IMG/VR virus record: IMGVR_UViG_3300024308_000022
Span: 62,001-116,042 of that record
From: an uncultured virus (IMG/VR IMGVR_UViG_3300024308_000022)
Lineage: Duplodnaviria > Heunggongvirae > Uroviricota > Caudoviricetes
Strand: one strand, 5' to 3'
Length of the DNA: 54,042 bases
Below the pieces are notes generated by a model, which saw only the letters and a list, made by a program, of their open reading frames with translations, searched no databases and was not told the origin of the DNA. Positions 45,896 through 54,042 of this stretch are shown one piece after another. How positions within the stretch are numbered: the stretch's first letter is position 1; each line of letters opens with the position of its first letter. A program made the translations under genes and the position numbers.

Positions 45896-46701
45896 CGTTA
45901 CAAAGCAGAGCGTGTGGAGAAGAAATGTCCACGCTGTCGATTGGGACAGCGTTGGCCATCGAAGCCTACGTAAAAGAGAAAAAAACACAAACGCCTTTTC
46001 TTTTGGTGAACGTGCGGACGGTTCTGCGTAACTTAATGGAATCCGTAGAGAAAGACGTCCTGTTGCGTGTAAAGGCGGAAGACTTAGCGACGGTGCTACT
46101 GGATGAGCTCGCGTTTATCCATCGTGAGCTTCCGCCTTTAACAGGGCAAGTCACGCAAGTGCAGTTTTACTACCCGACGTACTCCGACTTACAGCGGATA
46201 CTTCCTTACGCTGAGCTTCGGGAAATCACCACTCCTGCTCAGAAGTTTCAAGTGGCGTTAGAACAACACGTCTTTGCGCATCTACAGCGTCAGAAAACAG
46301 AACCGTGGGAACGCGTAGCGACTCGTCATCCCGGACTCAAGCAAGCGACGACGATCCTAACCCATAGTCCTTGTGACTTGTTAGCGAAACCTTACTTCCC
46401 ACAGTTGCAACTTTTAGAGTCTCACACAGGAGCAATCAAAGGGTACACGTTGTGGCACACGAAGTACACTAACGGGAAAGAGCTCGACTGTATTCCTTTT
46501 GGGCGATTTGGCTTGCAGATCTTTGGGGATAACAACACGCTACTGAAACAAAAACCCTTTAAGGTCAAACAGCTGGTGCTGGGGATGGCAAAAGCTGACC
46601 ACTGGACGAGTATGTCCAGCGACGATCGGATACGTGCTTCTATCAACAAACACAAAGACCCTGTGGAACGAATGATGCTTCTGAAAGTCTTAACGTCTTA
46701 A
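45880..46701 (+). CDS. Conserved protein (phiKZ gp066-like)
   Basis: SI.T.LA.E, N.RT..RNL, LLESHTG..K....W.TK, Q.FGD; synteny. Confidence 0.7.
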   Translation: MRGVLALQSRACGEEMSTLSIGTALAIEAYVKEKKTQTPFLLVNVRTVLRNLMESVEKDVLLRVKAEDLATVLLDELAFIHRELPPLTGQVTQVQFYYPTYSDLQRILPYAELREITTPAQKFQVALEQHVFAHLQRQKTEPWERVATRHPGLKQATTILTHSPCDLLAKPYFPQLQLLESHTGAIKGYTLWHTKYTNGKELDCIPFGRFGLQIFGDNNTLLKQKPFKVKQLVLGMAKADHWTSMSSDDRIRASINKHKDPVERMMLLKVLTS

Positions 46702-46768
46702 TTTACACAGAGCGTGTAATAATAGGACGACACACATCAAAACTACTTTTAATAAAAGGAAAGGTTCT

Positions 46769-47548
46769 ATGTCCGAAACGACAAAAAACTCATTAGGCGA
46801 ATGGAAGTTATCACTGACAGCGCCAGCCCATCGCAACGCAGAGCAACGCGATGATCGTCCTATCAAACCGGTCTTTCGTGTAGCGATTCGCTACAACCAA
46901 GTGCAAGCGAAAGTGTACACGGGTGTAGCAGGGGATAAAAACAAAGGCGTGATTGAAGCAAACATGTCACTGCCTATCTTTGGTGCGTTCATTGAGTTGA
47001 TCAAAGACGCGTCTAAACCAGAGTGGCCAGCAGGCAAACGCATTGCGGTATTAAACCGTAACTTCACGTATCCGAACGGAAAGCGCTCAGAGAAACCTGA
47101 AGAGATCTCTAAGCTGTACGTAGGGAAAAACAAAGACGGTGTGGTATACATCGCGTGTGTAGCTCCTGAGTACCAAAACCGTCCGATGATTCAATTCGCG
47201 TTTACGGACGATGAATGGTTTGCTCTGGTAGACGCTGACGGCAATTCATTAAGTGAAGCAGACGTGTCGATGTATTTGGCGCGTGAGTACGCTGCGCGGA
47301 TGGAATACTTAGTCCGTCAAAACTACCACGATGGTTTCCAAACCAAAGAAGAAATCGAAGCAGCGAAAGAAGCCAACAAAGCCAACCGCGGTGGCGGTTA
47401 TAACAAAGGCGGTGGTGGTGGCTACAATAAAGGTGGCTACAACAAAGGCGGTAACGGCGGTGGGTACAACAAAGGAGGAGACTCCGGTGGTGACAAACCT
47501 GCAGCAGGCGGCGGTTGGGATGACGCCGACGACGGTTTACCGTTCTAA
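46769..47548 (+). CDS. chmC: Nucleus-associated RNA-binding protein ChmC (phiKZ gp067-like)
   Basis: Lies directly before the gp68-like gene; folded N-domain (L.VGK..DG.VYI) plus a G/N/Y-rich disordered tail. Confidence 0.72.
   Translation: MSETTKNSLGEWKLSLTAPAHRNAEQRDDRPIKPVFRVAIRYNQVQAKVYTGVAGDKNKGVIEANMSLPIFGAFIELIKDASKPEWPAGKRIAVLNRNFTYPNGKRSEKPEEISKLYVGKNKDGVVYIACVAPEYQNRPMIQFAFTDDEWFALVDADGNSLSEADVSMYLAREYAARMEYLVRQNYHDGFQTKEEIEAAKEANKANRGGGYNKGGGGGYNKGGYNKGGNGGGYNKGGDSGGDKPAAGGGWDDADDGLPF
47392..47477 (+). repeat. Coding repeat, 4x GYNKGG
   Basis: GGYNKGG units visible in both protein and DNA. Confidence 0.85.
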
Positions 47549-47556
47549 GTAAACAA

Positions 47557-47592
47557 CATACTGAGGAGAGCATTTCGCTCTCCTCTTCTATG
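47557..47592 (+). terminator. Terminator-like hairpin
   Basis: CATA-CT-GAGGAGAGC-ATTTC-GCTCTCCTC-TTC-TATG. Confidence 0.7.
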
Positions 47593-47602
47593 TTCCTCAG
47601 CA

Positions 47603-47629
47603 CTCGACAAGTTTTCAGATATACATTAT
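47603..47629 (+). promoter_or_regulatory. Putative early phage promoter
   Basis: CTCGACAAGTTTTCAGATATACATTAT, 23/27 identical to the chimallin promoter. Confidence 0.7.
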
Positions 47630-47687
47630 TGTTAGGACTAGCCCCAATCAATCGCGAAGGCTGGATAAATAAAAGAAGGTACAAGCT

Positions 47688-49235
47688 ATGCATTTTCATA
47701 CCGCTTACTGCCCGATGTCTCCCACCAAGACATTGGTCTTAGAGCACCAAGGAGAGCAGCTGCGTTGGGTAGTGTCTGGGTTTTTAGCCACAGACCGACC
47801 CGACCGTGTCGTACGGGACATTAACCACTACTGGAGTAAAATACCACAGCACCGCCAACAGTTGATCTTTGACACTTACAAGGACATGCACTACAAACTC
47901 CACAACATTGAAAACCCCGACCGGATGCACGAACGGTTGATTGAAGACTTTCGAATGTTGATGGACAACCACCCGATTGAAGAAACCATACTCTGGGCAG
48001 AAAACGAATGTCAGATCAAATACCACCCTGACATCAAAGAGCACTACGACGACGGTTTCCCAAAAGAGATCACGTACGTGACATCAGAGTACCGTGCGTT
48101 ACTGGCGTTAGTGTTACGTAGTCGACCACTGCTGCCTTTGTTTGCAGTGTACTGCGCAAACGTGAAAGACTCGTACGGCGTGCAGTTCAAAGAGTATCAT
48201 GCTGCGAGTATTCTGGAGGACACGGATTACGTGACATCAGAAGCGTACGAACGCATGTTTCTGTATATCCGACACCACGTGGAGAACGCAGACCGTTCTG
48301 AAGCCGCGGTGTTAAACTCCTTAGGGACAGTGACATTACCAGACTACGTGACTGCGATGGCGATCGTTCGTAAACTCACAACCTGTGAACTCCCTTATAA
48401 AGGAGAAGACACGGAGCCTGTGAATCTGGTAGCAACGCTTTACAACTTTGTAAGGTCTACTTTAGATGGGCTGAACAACAAATACGGTGGTGCAATTCGC
48501 AACAAGAAACCTCAGGACGGGAACGACAACGAACCTGATAACACGTCTTTACCCGAAGGCTACAAAAACCGCACAGACGTGACGGAGTTGGATTCTCAGT
48601 TGTATAAGGTCCATACTCAGAACGCGTTGGTATTTGCCCGTAGAATCGATTCTACGGTGCCTGAGGCGTACGTAGATCGGTGCTGGGCGGTGTTGTGGGA
48701 ATCTGCACGGTACGCACCTCACCCTATCCAACAAACGCTGGTGCAGTGGCTGGTGAAGCTCGCTGATCTTTCTCCGCATGCCATTCCACACTTGGATGCA
48801 GAAGAAACAATCAAAGTGTTTGCTGCAGTAAAGGCAGTCCTGTGGCATTGGGAGTATTACGATCTAGCTGCACTTATTAGCGCGTTCTGGAAACGAACTC
48901 CGGAAGATACCATCTACGGGAGTCGTCGAAACCCAATCACTGATGAGCAGGTAGAGCAGTTACGTAAGCTGTTTCCTTACTACCAGCAACTCAAAGGGAA
49001 AACTCTGAGTAAACACGCTCAGATCCAAGGGGTAGGAAAGAAAGAGATCGTTCACAATGAAGCTATCCGTGGGATTGACGCGGTAGTGACGTTAGGAAAC
49101 GACTTAGTGTGGGAGCTGAATGGTCCTCCAGAGTTATTGGAGAAAACCAATTGGTTAACCAACCCTCATGGAAAAGTATTCCCTGCGGATATCAAAGTCT
49201 TTTTAGCCAGTTTAGTCATCCGTATTAACCAATAG
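47688..49235 (+). CDS. nvRNAP promoter-specificity subunit (phiKZ gp068-like)
   Basis: About 515 aa; IN.YW..IP...Q..IF..Y, TY...EY..L, S..EGYK; synteny. Confidence 0.78.
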   Translation: MHFHTAYCPMSPTKTLVLEHQGEQLRWVVSGFLATDRPDRVVRDINHYWSKIPQHRQQLIFDTYKDMHYKLHNIENPDRMHERLIEDFRMLMDNHPIEETILWAENECQIKYHPDIKEHYDDGFPKEITYVTSEYRALLALVLRSRPLLPLFAVYCANVKDSYGVQFKEYHAASILEDTDYVTSEAYERMFLYIRHHVENADRSEAAVLNSLGTVTLPDYVTAMAIVRKLTTCELPYKGEDTEPVNLVATLYNFVRSTLDGLNNKYGGAIRNKKPQDGNDNEPDNTSLPEGYKNRTDVTELDSQLYKVHTQNALVFARRIDSTVPEAYVDRCWAVLWESARYAPHPIQQTLVQWLVKLADLSPHAIPHLDAEETIKVFAAVKAVLWHWEYYDLAALISAFWKRTPEDTIYGSRRNPITDEQVEQLRKLFPYYQQLKGKTLSKHAQIQGVGKKEIVHNEAIRGIDAVVTLGNDLVWELNGPPELLEKTNWLTNPHGKVFPADIKVFLASLVIRINQ

Positions 49236-49248
49236 AAAAAGGAGTCGT

Positions 49249-50745
49249 ATGAGCCAAGTCAATGGGAATTCACAACAACTGCACGTGACTATGTTTCAGT
49301 TGTTTGAAACCGACCGATTTGCAGAGATGGTGGGGCGTCCGCTCACGAGTCACGTAACGGGGCAGGTACTGAATGCGTTTCAAGAAGCGACTCAGCACGG
49401 TCAGTTCTTAGACCACACGACGTTGTCTGGTGTCGCAGGTCAGTTTATCATGCCAAGTGCTGAGACGTTCCGTACGCCAGGGATCATCAACGGCTGGTCT
49501 GAAGCACGGTTTCGTTTCATTATGGAACTACAAGAGAACGCGATGGGTGTGGGGTTACGTACAATCCTGACGGGCTACACGGACCACTACGGGTACGCTC
49601 CAGGTAGTACGGCACTTGATCCGAAGATGGCCTTGTATTTCACCAATGTCATTCGGGTACGAGATCAGATCGTTAATGGACCAAACGGACCACAGACAAT
49701 CACAACCCTGCTGGATGCTGACATGATTCTCAAAGGCTTAGCTGCCAGTGGGTATCAGTCAGGTTTACGCAACGAGCAAGCGTTACGTCCCGTGGATGTG
49801 TTCTCCAGTCTAGCCATCCCTTCGCAATACAACCAGCCGGGGATACAACTGTTTGACGGACGTACCAGCTTCCAAGCGGGTGCGCAGTTAAGCCGTACGG
49901 ATAACGCGATTCCTAGCCGCTGGGCTGAGAAAGTTTTCCAAGGCTTTACAGCAGCGTCTACCAGCGTGGACGTGATGGACGCAGAACAACGCGACCTACA
50001 TCGTCACGCACGAGGCATTGTTGCTGAGAACCAAGTCAGTAACATCGGTGTGCTGGATACGATGTCCTACGCATACGACTGGCGTAGTCGTGGTTACATT
50101 CAGCTGTGTGAATTGGAAGGTCTGTGTGCGCATTTGTCGCACGTGACAGAAGTTTTCCCATTCAGTCAAGCAGAGCGTATGGCAGCTTACACGCCAGGAC
50201 ACTCCTGTAATTGGGAAGGTAACTCCAACGAACAGGTGGCTGCCAGTATGGTATTGTCTGTGATGGCATCGATGATGTGGAAGTTTATGTTAGGGTACTG
50301 TAACTTTACTTTGACTAACGCCACACACGATGGTTCGTATCGTTTTAACGTGATCTCGAACGACCCCAGTGGTTCGGATGCTCCACGTTCTTACGTACGT
50401 AACTTGGATATCTCTCAATACGTAGCGCACTTTGGTCAGTGTATTACACGGGAGCTGATGCCAGGTTTAACTCGTCAGGGTGCATTGGTTGTTACACTGA
50501 ATGTGTTCTCTGACTTGATGGGTACGACCACCATTGACGTCAGTATCAACGGTCAACCGTTCGTGCGTTTTATTGCACCGACATTCGCCAATAGTCTGTA
50601 CACACCGCTGATCGGTACCGACCGTCAGTCGTTGGTTTCATTGTCTGCTGACGTAGACAATTTACTTTCACACGTAGGGATGGATAACATGCCTATGCAA
50701 AACTACACACCGCACACAGAAGCAGGGAGAACAAGATGGGGTTAA
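49249..50745 (+). CDS. picA: Phage nucleus import protein PicA/Imp1 (phiKZ gp069-like)
   Basis: I.NGW.E.RFRF, GYTD, LRP.DVF, PTFA.SL..P; follows the gp68-like gene. Confidence 0.75.
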   Translation: MSQVNGNSQQLHVTMFQLFETDRFAEMVGRPLTSHVTGQVLNAFQEATQHGQFLDHTTLSGVAGQFIMPSAETFRTPGIINGWSEARFRFIMELQENAMGVGLRTILTGYTDHYGYAPGSTALDPKMALYFTNVIRVRDQIVNGPNGPQTITTLLDADMILKGLAASGYQSGLRNEQALRPVDVFSSLAIPSQYNQPGIQLFDGRTSFQAGAQLSRTDNAIPSRWAEKVFQGFTAASTSVDVMDAEQRDLHRHARGIVAENQVSNIGVLDTMSYAYDWRSRGYIQLCELEGLCAHLSHVTEVFPFSQAERMAAYTPGHSCNWEGNSNEQVAASMVLSVMASMMWKFMLGYCNFTLTNATHDGSYRFNVISNDPSGSDAPRSYVRNLDISQYVAHFGQCITRELMPGLTRQGALVVTLNVFSDLMGTTTIDVSINGQPFVRFIAPTFANSLYTPLIGTDRQSLVSLSADVDNLLSHVGMDNMPMQNYTPHTEAGRTRWG

Positions 50746-52106
50746 AAACAGTCAATGACGTGGTTGAGTTTTATCGTCGTGTCATTGAAGCCAGTGGCTT
50801 ACAGATTGGCACGAACGCAGACGTGCTGGTGCAATCTGGAAAAGGAGCAATCCCTGTACAGGTTGCAAAGCTTCCTCTGGTGCTGCCCACTCAAGCACGC
50901 TTAACCGCGGGCTTAAAAGAGGAGCTCGCGTTTGCTCCTCTGGGGGAGGCGTTAGACCGTGTGGAGTCGGACGTACTCAAGTGGTTACGTCGCGCATTTA
51001 CCGTACGACAAACCTCTGTAGCAGCGATTCTGTTTACTGAGTTGGCGCAGCTGGCTGCTGAGACTGAGCGTCACAAAACACTCAGTCCGGACCAAGCGGA
51101 GTTACTGTCTGTACTGCCAGAAGCAGACGAGACGATGGTCAAAGCCTTTGTGGATCTTTTTGACGTGATCTGTGGTACAGGAGATAAGAAACTGATCTCC
51201 ACGTACGTAGGTCGAAACAAAGTGCTAGATGGCGCAGAGTGGTTACGTGCAGCGTTAGTGAGCTTTGATGTTCTCAAAGCAAAAGTCACGAAAGAACACG
51301 CCATCTACGGGAAGAAAATGCGAGTGAAGGATAAGAAAGCATTCTTTGACTTACTGCAGTTTATCCTCCCAGGTGCGTTAGACCCAGAGCGATTCTACAG
51401 CGCTGGTTCTCGTGATAAAACAGCTCCGAACTTCCACTGTCTACTGACGAGTTATATCAAAGTCATGCGAGACTACAACCGTGTGATCGAGCTGTACTCT
51501 GACGTGTGTCCAGACTTAGCGGAGTGGACCACACCTCACTTAGACCAGTTGGAACAAGACCTGACGGAGTTTCGTGAACTCGGTAGTCTGATTCCTCCAC
51601 TGGCAGGTAACAAAGGGGAAGGGGAAGAGTCGAAAGTCACGGCGGTGAACAACAATGGAACACTGAATAAGGCAGCGACGTCAGTAGCGCCTGTTACAAC
51701 TCCAGTGAGTACCGAAGCGCCGAAGACCTGGGCTTCGGCAGTAAGCCAACCTCCGGCTTACCAAGCACCAGTTGCTGGAGGGTATCAAAGCCCTAACGTC
51801 TACACACCGAGCTACCACCAAGCTCCCATGCAAGCAACACCTTTGACCCCACGGCAACTGCGTGAGATCCAACGTCAGGAAGAGAATCGCAATGCGTATA
51901 TCCAACCTGCTACGTATGGAAATTATGGAGCTGCTCCACAGACGGGGTACCAGCAGAACGTGTACCAACAACCGGGTTACCAGAATGTTCAGTCGGGGTA
52001 TCAGAACGTAGCTACTGGGTATCAGCAGGCGTACCACCAACCTGCCTATAACTACGGTGCCCCACAAGCATCAGTAGCTCCAGCAGGGTATCAACGCCCA
52101 ATGTAA
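50736..52106 (+). CDS. Conserved protein (phiKZ gp070-like) with Q/Y/G-rich tail
   Basis: LVLPT, F.PL.E...R.ES, YS.GS....AP.F..L, IP.L.GN.GE; synteny. Confidence 0.72.
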   Translation: MGLKTVNDVVEFYRRVIEASGLQIGTNADVLVQSGKGAIPVQVAKLPLVLPTQARLTAGLKEELAFAPLGEALDRVESDVLKWLRRAFTVRQTSVAAILFTELAQLAAETERHKTLSPDQAELLSVLPEADETMVKAFVDLFDVICGTGDKKLISTYVGRNKVLDGAEWLRAALVSFDVLKAKVTKEHAIYGKKMRVKDKKAFFDLLQFILPGALDPERFYSAGSRDKTAPNFHCLLTSYIKVMRDYNRVIELYSDVCPDLAEWTTPHLDQLEQDLTEFRELGSLIPPLAGNKGEGEESKVTAVNNNGTLNKAATSVAPVTTPVSTEAPKTWASAVSQPPAYQAPVAGGYQSPNVYTPSYHQAPMQATPLTPRQLREIQRQEENRNAYIQPATYGNYGAAPQTGYQQNVYQQPGYQNVQSGYQNVATGYQQAYHQPAYNYGAPQASVAPAGYQRPM

Positions 52107-52115
52107 GTAAGACCG

Positions 52116-52147
52116 CATAAAGCCGGAGGTGAAAACCTCCGGCGATG
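52116..52147. terminator. Bidirectional terminator-like hairpin
   Basis: CATA-AA-GCCGGAGGT-GAAA-ACCTCCGGC between convergent genes. Confidence 0.75.
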
Positions 52148-52202
52148 TGCTGTGTTTCTCACTTTTTTACAGAGCGATGTTGGTTTTTACAGCCAACACT
52201 TA

Positions 52203-52547
52203 TTATTCTGCGTACGATCGTAGATACGCTTGTCGTAAGCGCTCTATCTCGTCTTCGTTCGGCACGAGTAACGTGTCAAACCCTACGTCGAATTGGTCTG
52301 GTGTCGACAGACCATTCAGTCTCATGAGTAAGTGAAATGCAAATGGGGGAGTGGGTTTGAGAAAGTGTAAAAGTCCCATAAAATTATACTGAAACCGAGC
52401 AGCTAAGTCTGCAGCAATCGGGAGCTGTTGTGTATTGGGGCTTTTCTTTAGGATGTCAATGTGGTCTTCAAACAGCAGGAGAAATCCATCGCTGTAATAC
52501 AACGGGTCTCCAAGTGGCTGTCTATACCCTTGCACGGTAAACGTCAT
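52203..52547 (-). CDS. Conserved small protein, possibly LysM-like/baseplate wedge type
   Basis: YY...F....EDH...L, F.GLL, MRLNGL..P, LLVP; antisense gene between gp70- and gp71-like genes. Confidence 0.6.
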   Translation of the reverse strand: MTFTVQGYRQPLGDPLYYSDGFLLLFEDHIDILKKSPNTQQLPIAADLAARFQYNFMGLLHFLKPTPPFAFHLLMRLNGLSTPDQFDVGFDTLLVPNEDEIERLRQAYLRSYAE

Positions 52548-52572
52548 GGTTGTTTCTACTCGTCGTGATTTG

Positions 52573-52585
52573 AAGTCTATATTAT
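52573..52585 (+). promoter_or_regulatory. Possible variant early promoter
   Basis: AAGTCTATATTAT retains TANATTAT; intergenic, ahead of the RNAP beta gene. Confidence 0.4.
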
Positions 52586-52689
52586 CATTCTGGACACGTA
52601 GTACAAAAGTGTCAGTGTGACCCCTTCCATACTAGGTTGCTGGAAGGTAGATCCATGAGCATACAAAAAAACAAAAGGAAGAGAACTGC

Positions 52690-53919
52690 ATGATTTTGAG
52701 ACCCTTGGTACACAGGTCTAAAAACGAGCTGCATCCCCAATTGCTCGGGAACACCACCGATTTAGTAAACTATATCGCCTGTGCGTCTTCCCCGCGTTTA
52801 TCCATGCGGGGAGGTCATCAGGCACAAAGTTTAGTGGTGGATTGTCCTACGCGACCTAACTTGATCGCAGGACACGAGTTTGAATACGCACAAACTACTT
52901 TTAAACAAACGATGCCTACCACCGGACGGTTGTTAAAAGTAATCCATAAGTTTCCAAAGAAACTAGGAGGCTTTCCATTTCGCAGTAACCCCACGACGAT
53001 CCTGATCTACGAGGAGATGGAGAAACTACAAAATGGAATCCATTCCTTAGGGATGGTGCTTTTACGTACACACCACTGTGCGCACCAAACCTTCGGGTTT
53101 AAATACAGAGCGGATCAGTTACAGAACAGCTTTAACAAATTTAAACCAGGGGACATTATCCCTAAAGGATACGTGTTTGCAGACTCTCCCAACGTCACTG
53201 ACGATGGGGAGTATATGTACGGGGTAGAAACCGATATTGCGTTCATGACGATCCCAGAGATCATCGAGGACGGTATCGTTGCCTCCGATACGTGGTGTAA
53301 AGCCAATCGCGCTACGGCGTTTGGAGAGGCTGTCTGTAGTTATGGTAAAAAGTTCTTCTTGTTAAACCTTTATGGGGACGATGAGAATTACAAACCGTAT
53401 CCAGACGTAGGGGAGAAAATAAGAGACGATGGGTTACTGTTTGTCATGCGACCTTACGATGAACTCTTAGGACCATGTCAAATGTCGCTTAAAGCGTTAC
53501 GGGAAATCGACTACAAGTTCGATAAACGCGTGTACGCTAAAGGTGGTGCGATCGTCACTGACATCGAAGTACTCCATGACTTTACAAACCAAACCCCACC
53601 GACGCCAGTGGGGATGGAAACTCAACCACAGCGGTATCAAACTGCGCAGGATGAGTTTTACAGTGAGGTCATCCAAACGTATCGAGATTACGTACGGCGT
53701 ATAGGAAATGGAAAGTACCAACCGGAACGGGTGCAAACCACACCTGAACTGGAACGTTTCCTTGCACTAGAAGCCCTACCGAATAATCCAAAGAATGCCA
53801 AAGCGATCGTAACGAGAACGTATCGTGCTGCACCTCTGGATGATTGGTGGGTAAAGATCAAATACACCTACAAGTACACACCGAATGTAGGTTCAAAAGC
53901 TGTAGGCTTACTTGGTAAC
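52690..53919 (+). CDS. nvRNAP beta C-terminal subunit (phiKZ gp071-073-like), exon 1
   Basis: SSPR..M...H..Q, EDGIV.S, GSK..G..GN (counterpart of GDK..GRHGNKG); similarity stops where an intron begins. Confidence 0.88.
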
Positions 53920-54042
53920 GGAACTTATGGCTCAATGAGCGGTAAGGCTTTGTTCGTCTAGGAAGTAATTCTTAGATGCCACTCATCTAACTGACGGGAA
54001 CACCCTAGAAACTATGTACACCAAGCCGTGCTGGAAACAGTG
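53920..54042 (+). mobile_element. Group I intron 3 (5' part, truncated by the window edge)
   Basis: P2 CGUCUAGGAA-GUAA-UUCUUAGAUG, P3 strand CUCAUC, P element AACUGACGGGAA, and CCGUGCUGGAAACAGU shared with intron 2; exact 5' splice site uncertain. Confidence 0.82.

Noticed and set aside
48074..48241. 14-nt direct repeat TACGTGACATCAGA in the gp68-like gene (also GTGAAGTCAGGA twice near 8704-8765)
   Set aside because: In-frame repeats of short peptides (YVTSE, VKSG), two copies only; no array or mobile-element context
1..54042. CRISPR arrays, tRNA/rRNA genes, IS elements and the many short antisense ORFs in the track
   Set aside because: No repeat-spacer pattern, cloverleaf or transposase seen by eye; antisense ORFs shadow well-supported genes

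Overview
This window is a segment of a nucleus-forming jumbo phage genome (phiKZ-like, Chimalliviridae). From left to right: (i) an accessory region (1-9.5 kb) with a metallophosphoesterase, two paralogous lipoproteins, a Tad1-like anti-defence sponge fused to an extra domain and a DUF488-like protein; (ii) tail tube, tail sheath, baseplate genes and terminase; (iii) a SNF2-type helicase and PhuZ tubulin; (iv) eight consecutive small ORFs that look like divergent paralogues; (v) a B-family DNA polymerase, an internal head protein and chimallin; (vi) the non-virion RNA polymerase/nucleus block (beta' N-terminal subunit, SbcD nuclease, ChmC, gp68-like subunit, PicA/Imp1, gp70-like protein, beta subunit). 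The beta' gene is split by two group I introns that can be mapped to the nucleotide (RN|PTL and NCD|FDGD); the second carries an HNH endonuclease inside its P1 loop. A third group I intron starts in the beta subunit gene at the right edge. The least explained signal is a set of three intergenic structured RNAs (22.1-22.25 kb minus strand; 32.28-32.47 kb and 32.50-32.62 kb plus strand). Each begins at a TATG late-promoter motif, ends at its own terminator-like hairpin and exposes pyrimidine-rich UCCU (anti-Shine-Dalgarno-like) loops. No tools were used: homology calls come from motifs, recalled family sequences and phiKZ synteny, and RNA structures were paired by eye.
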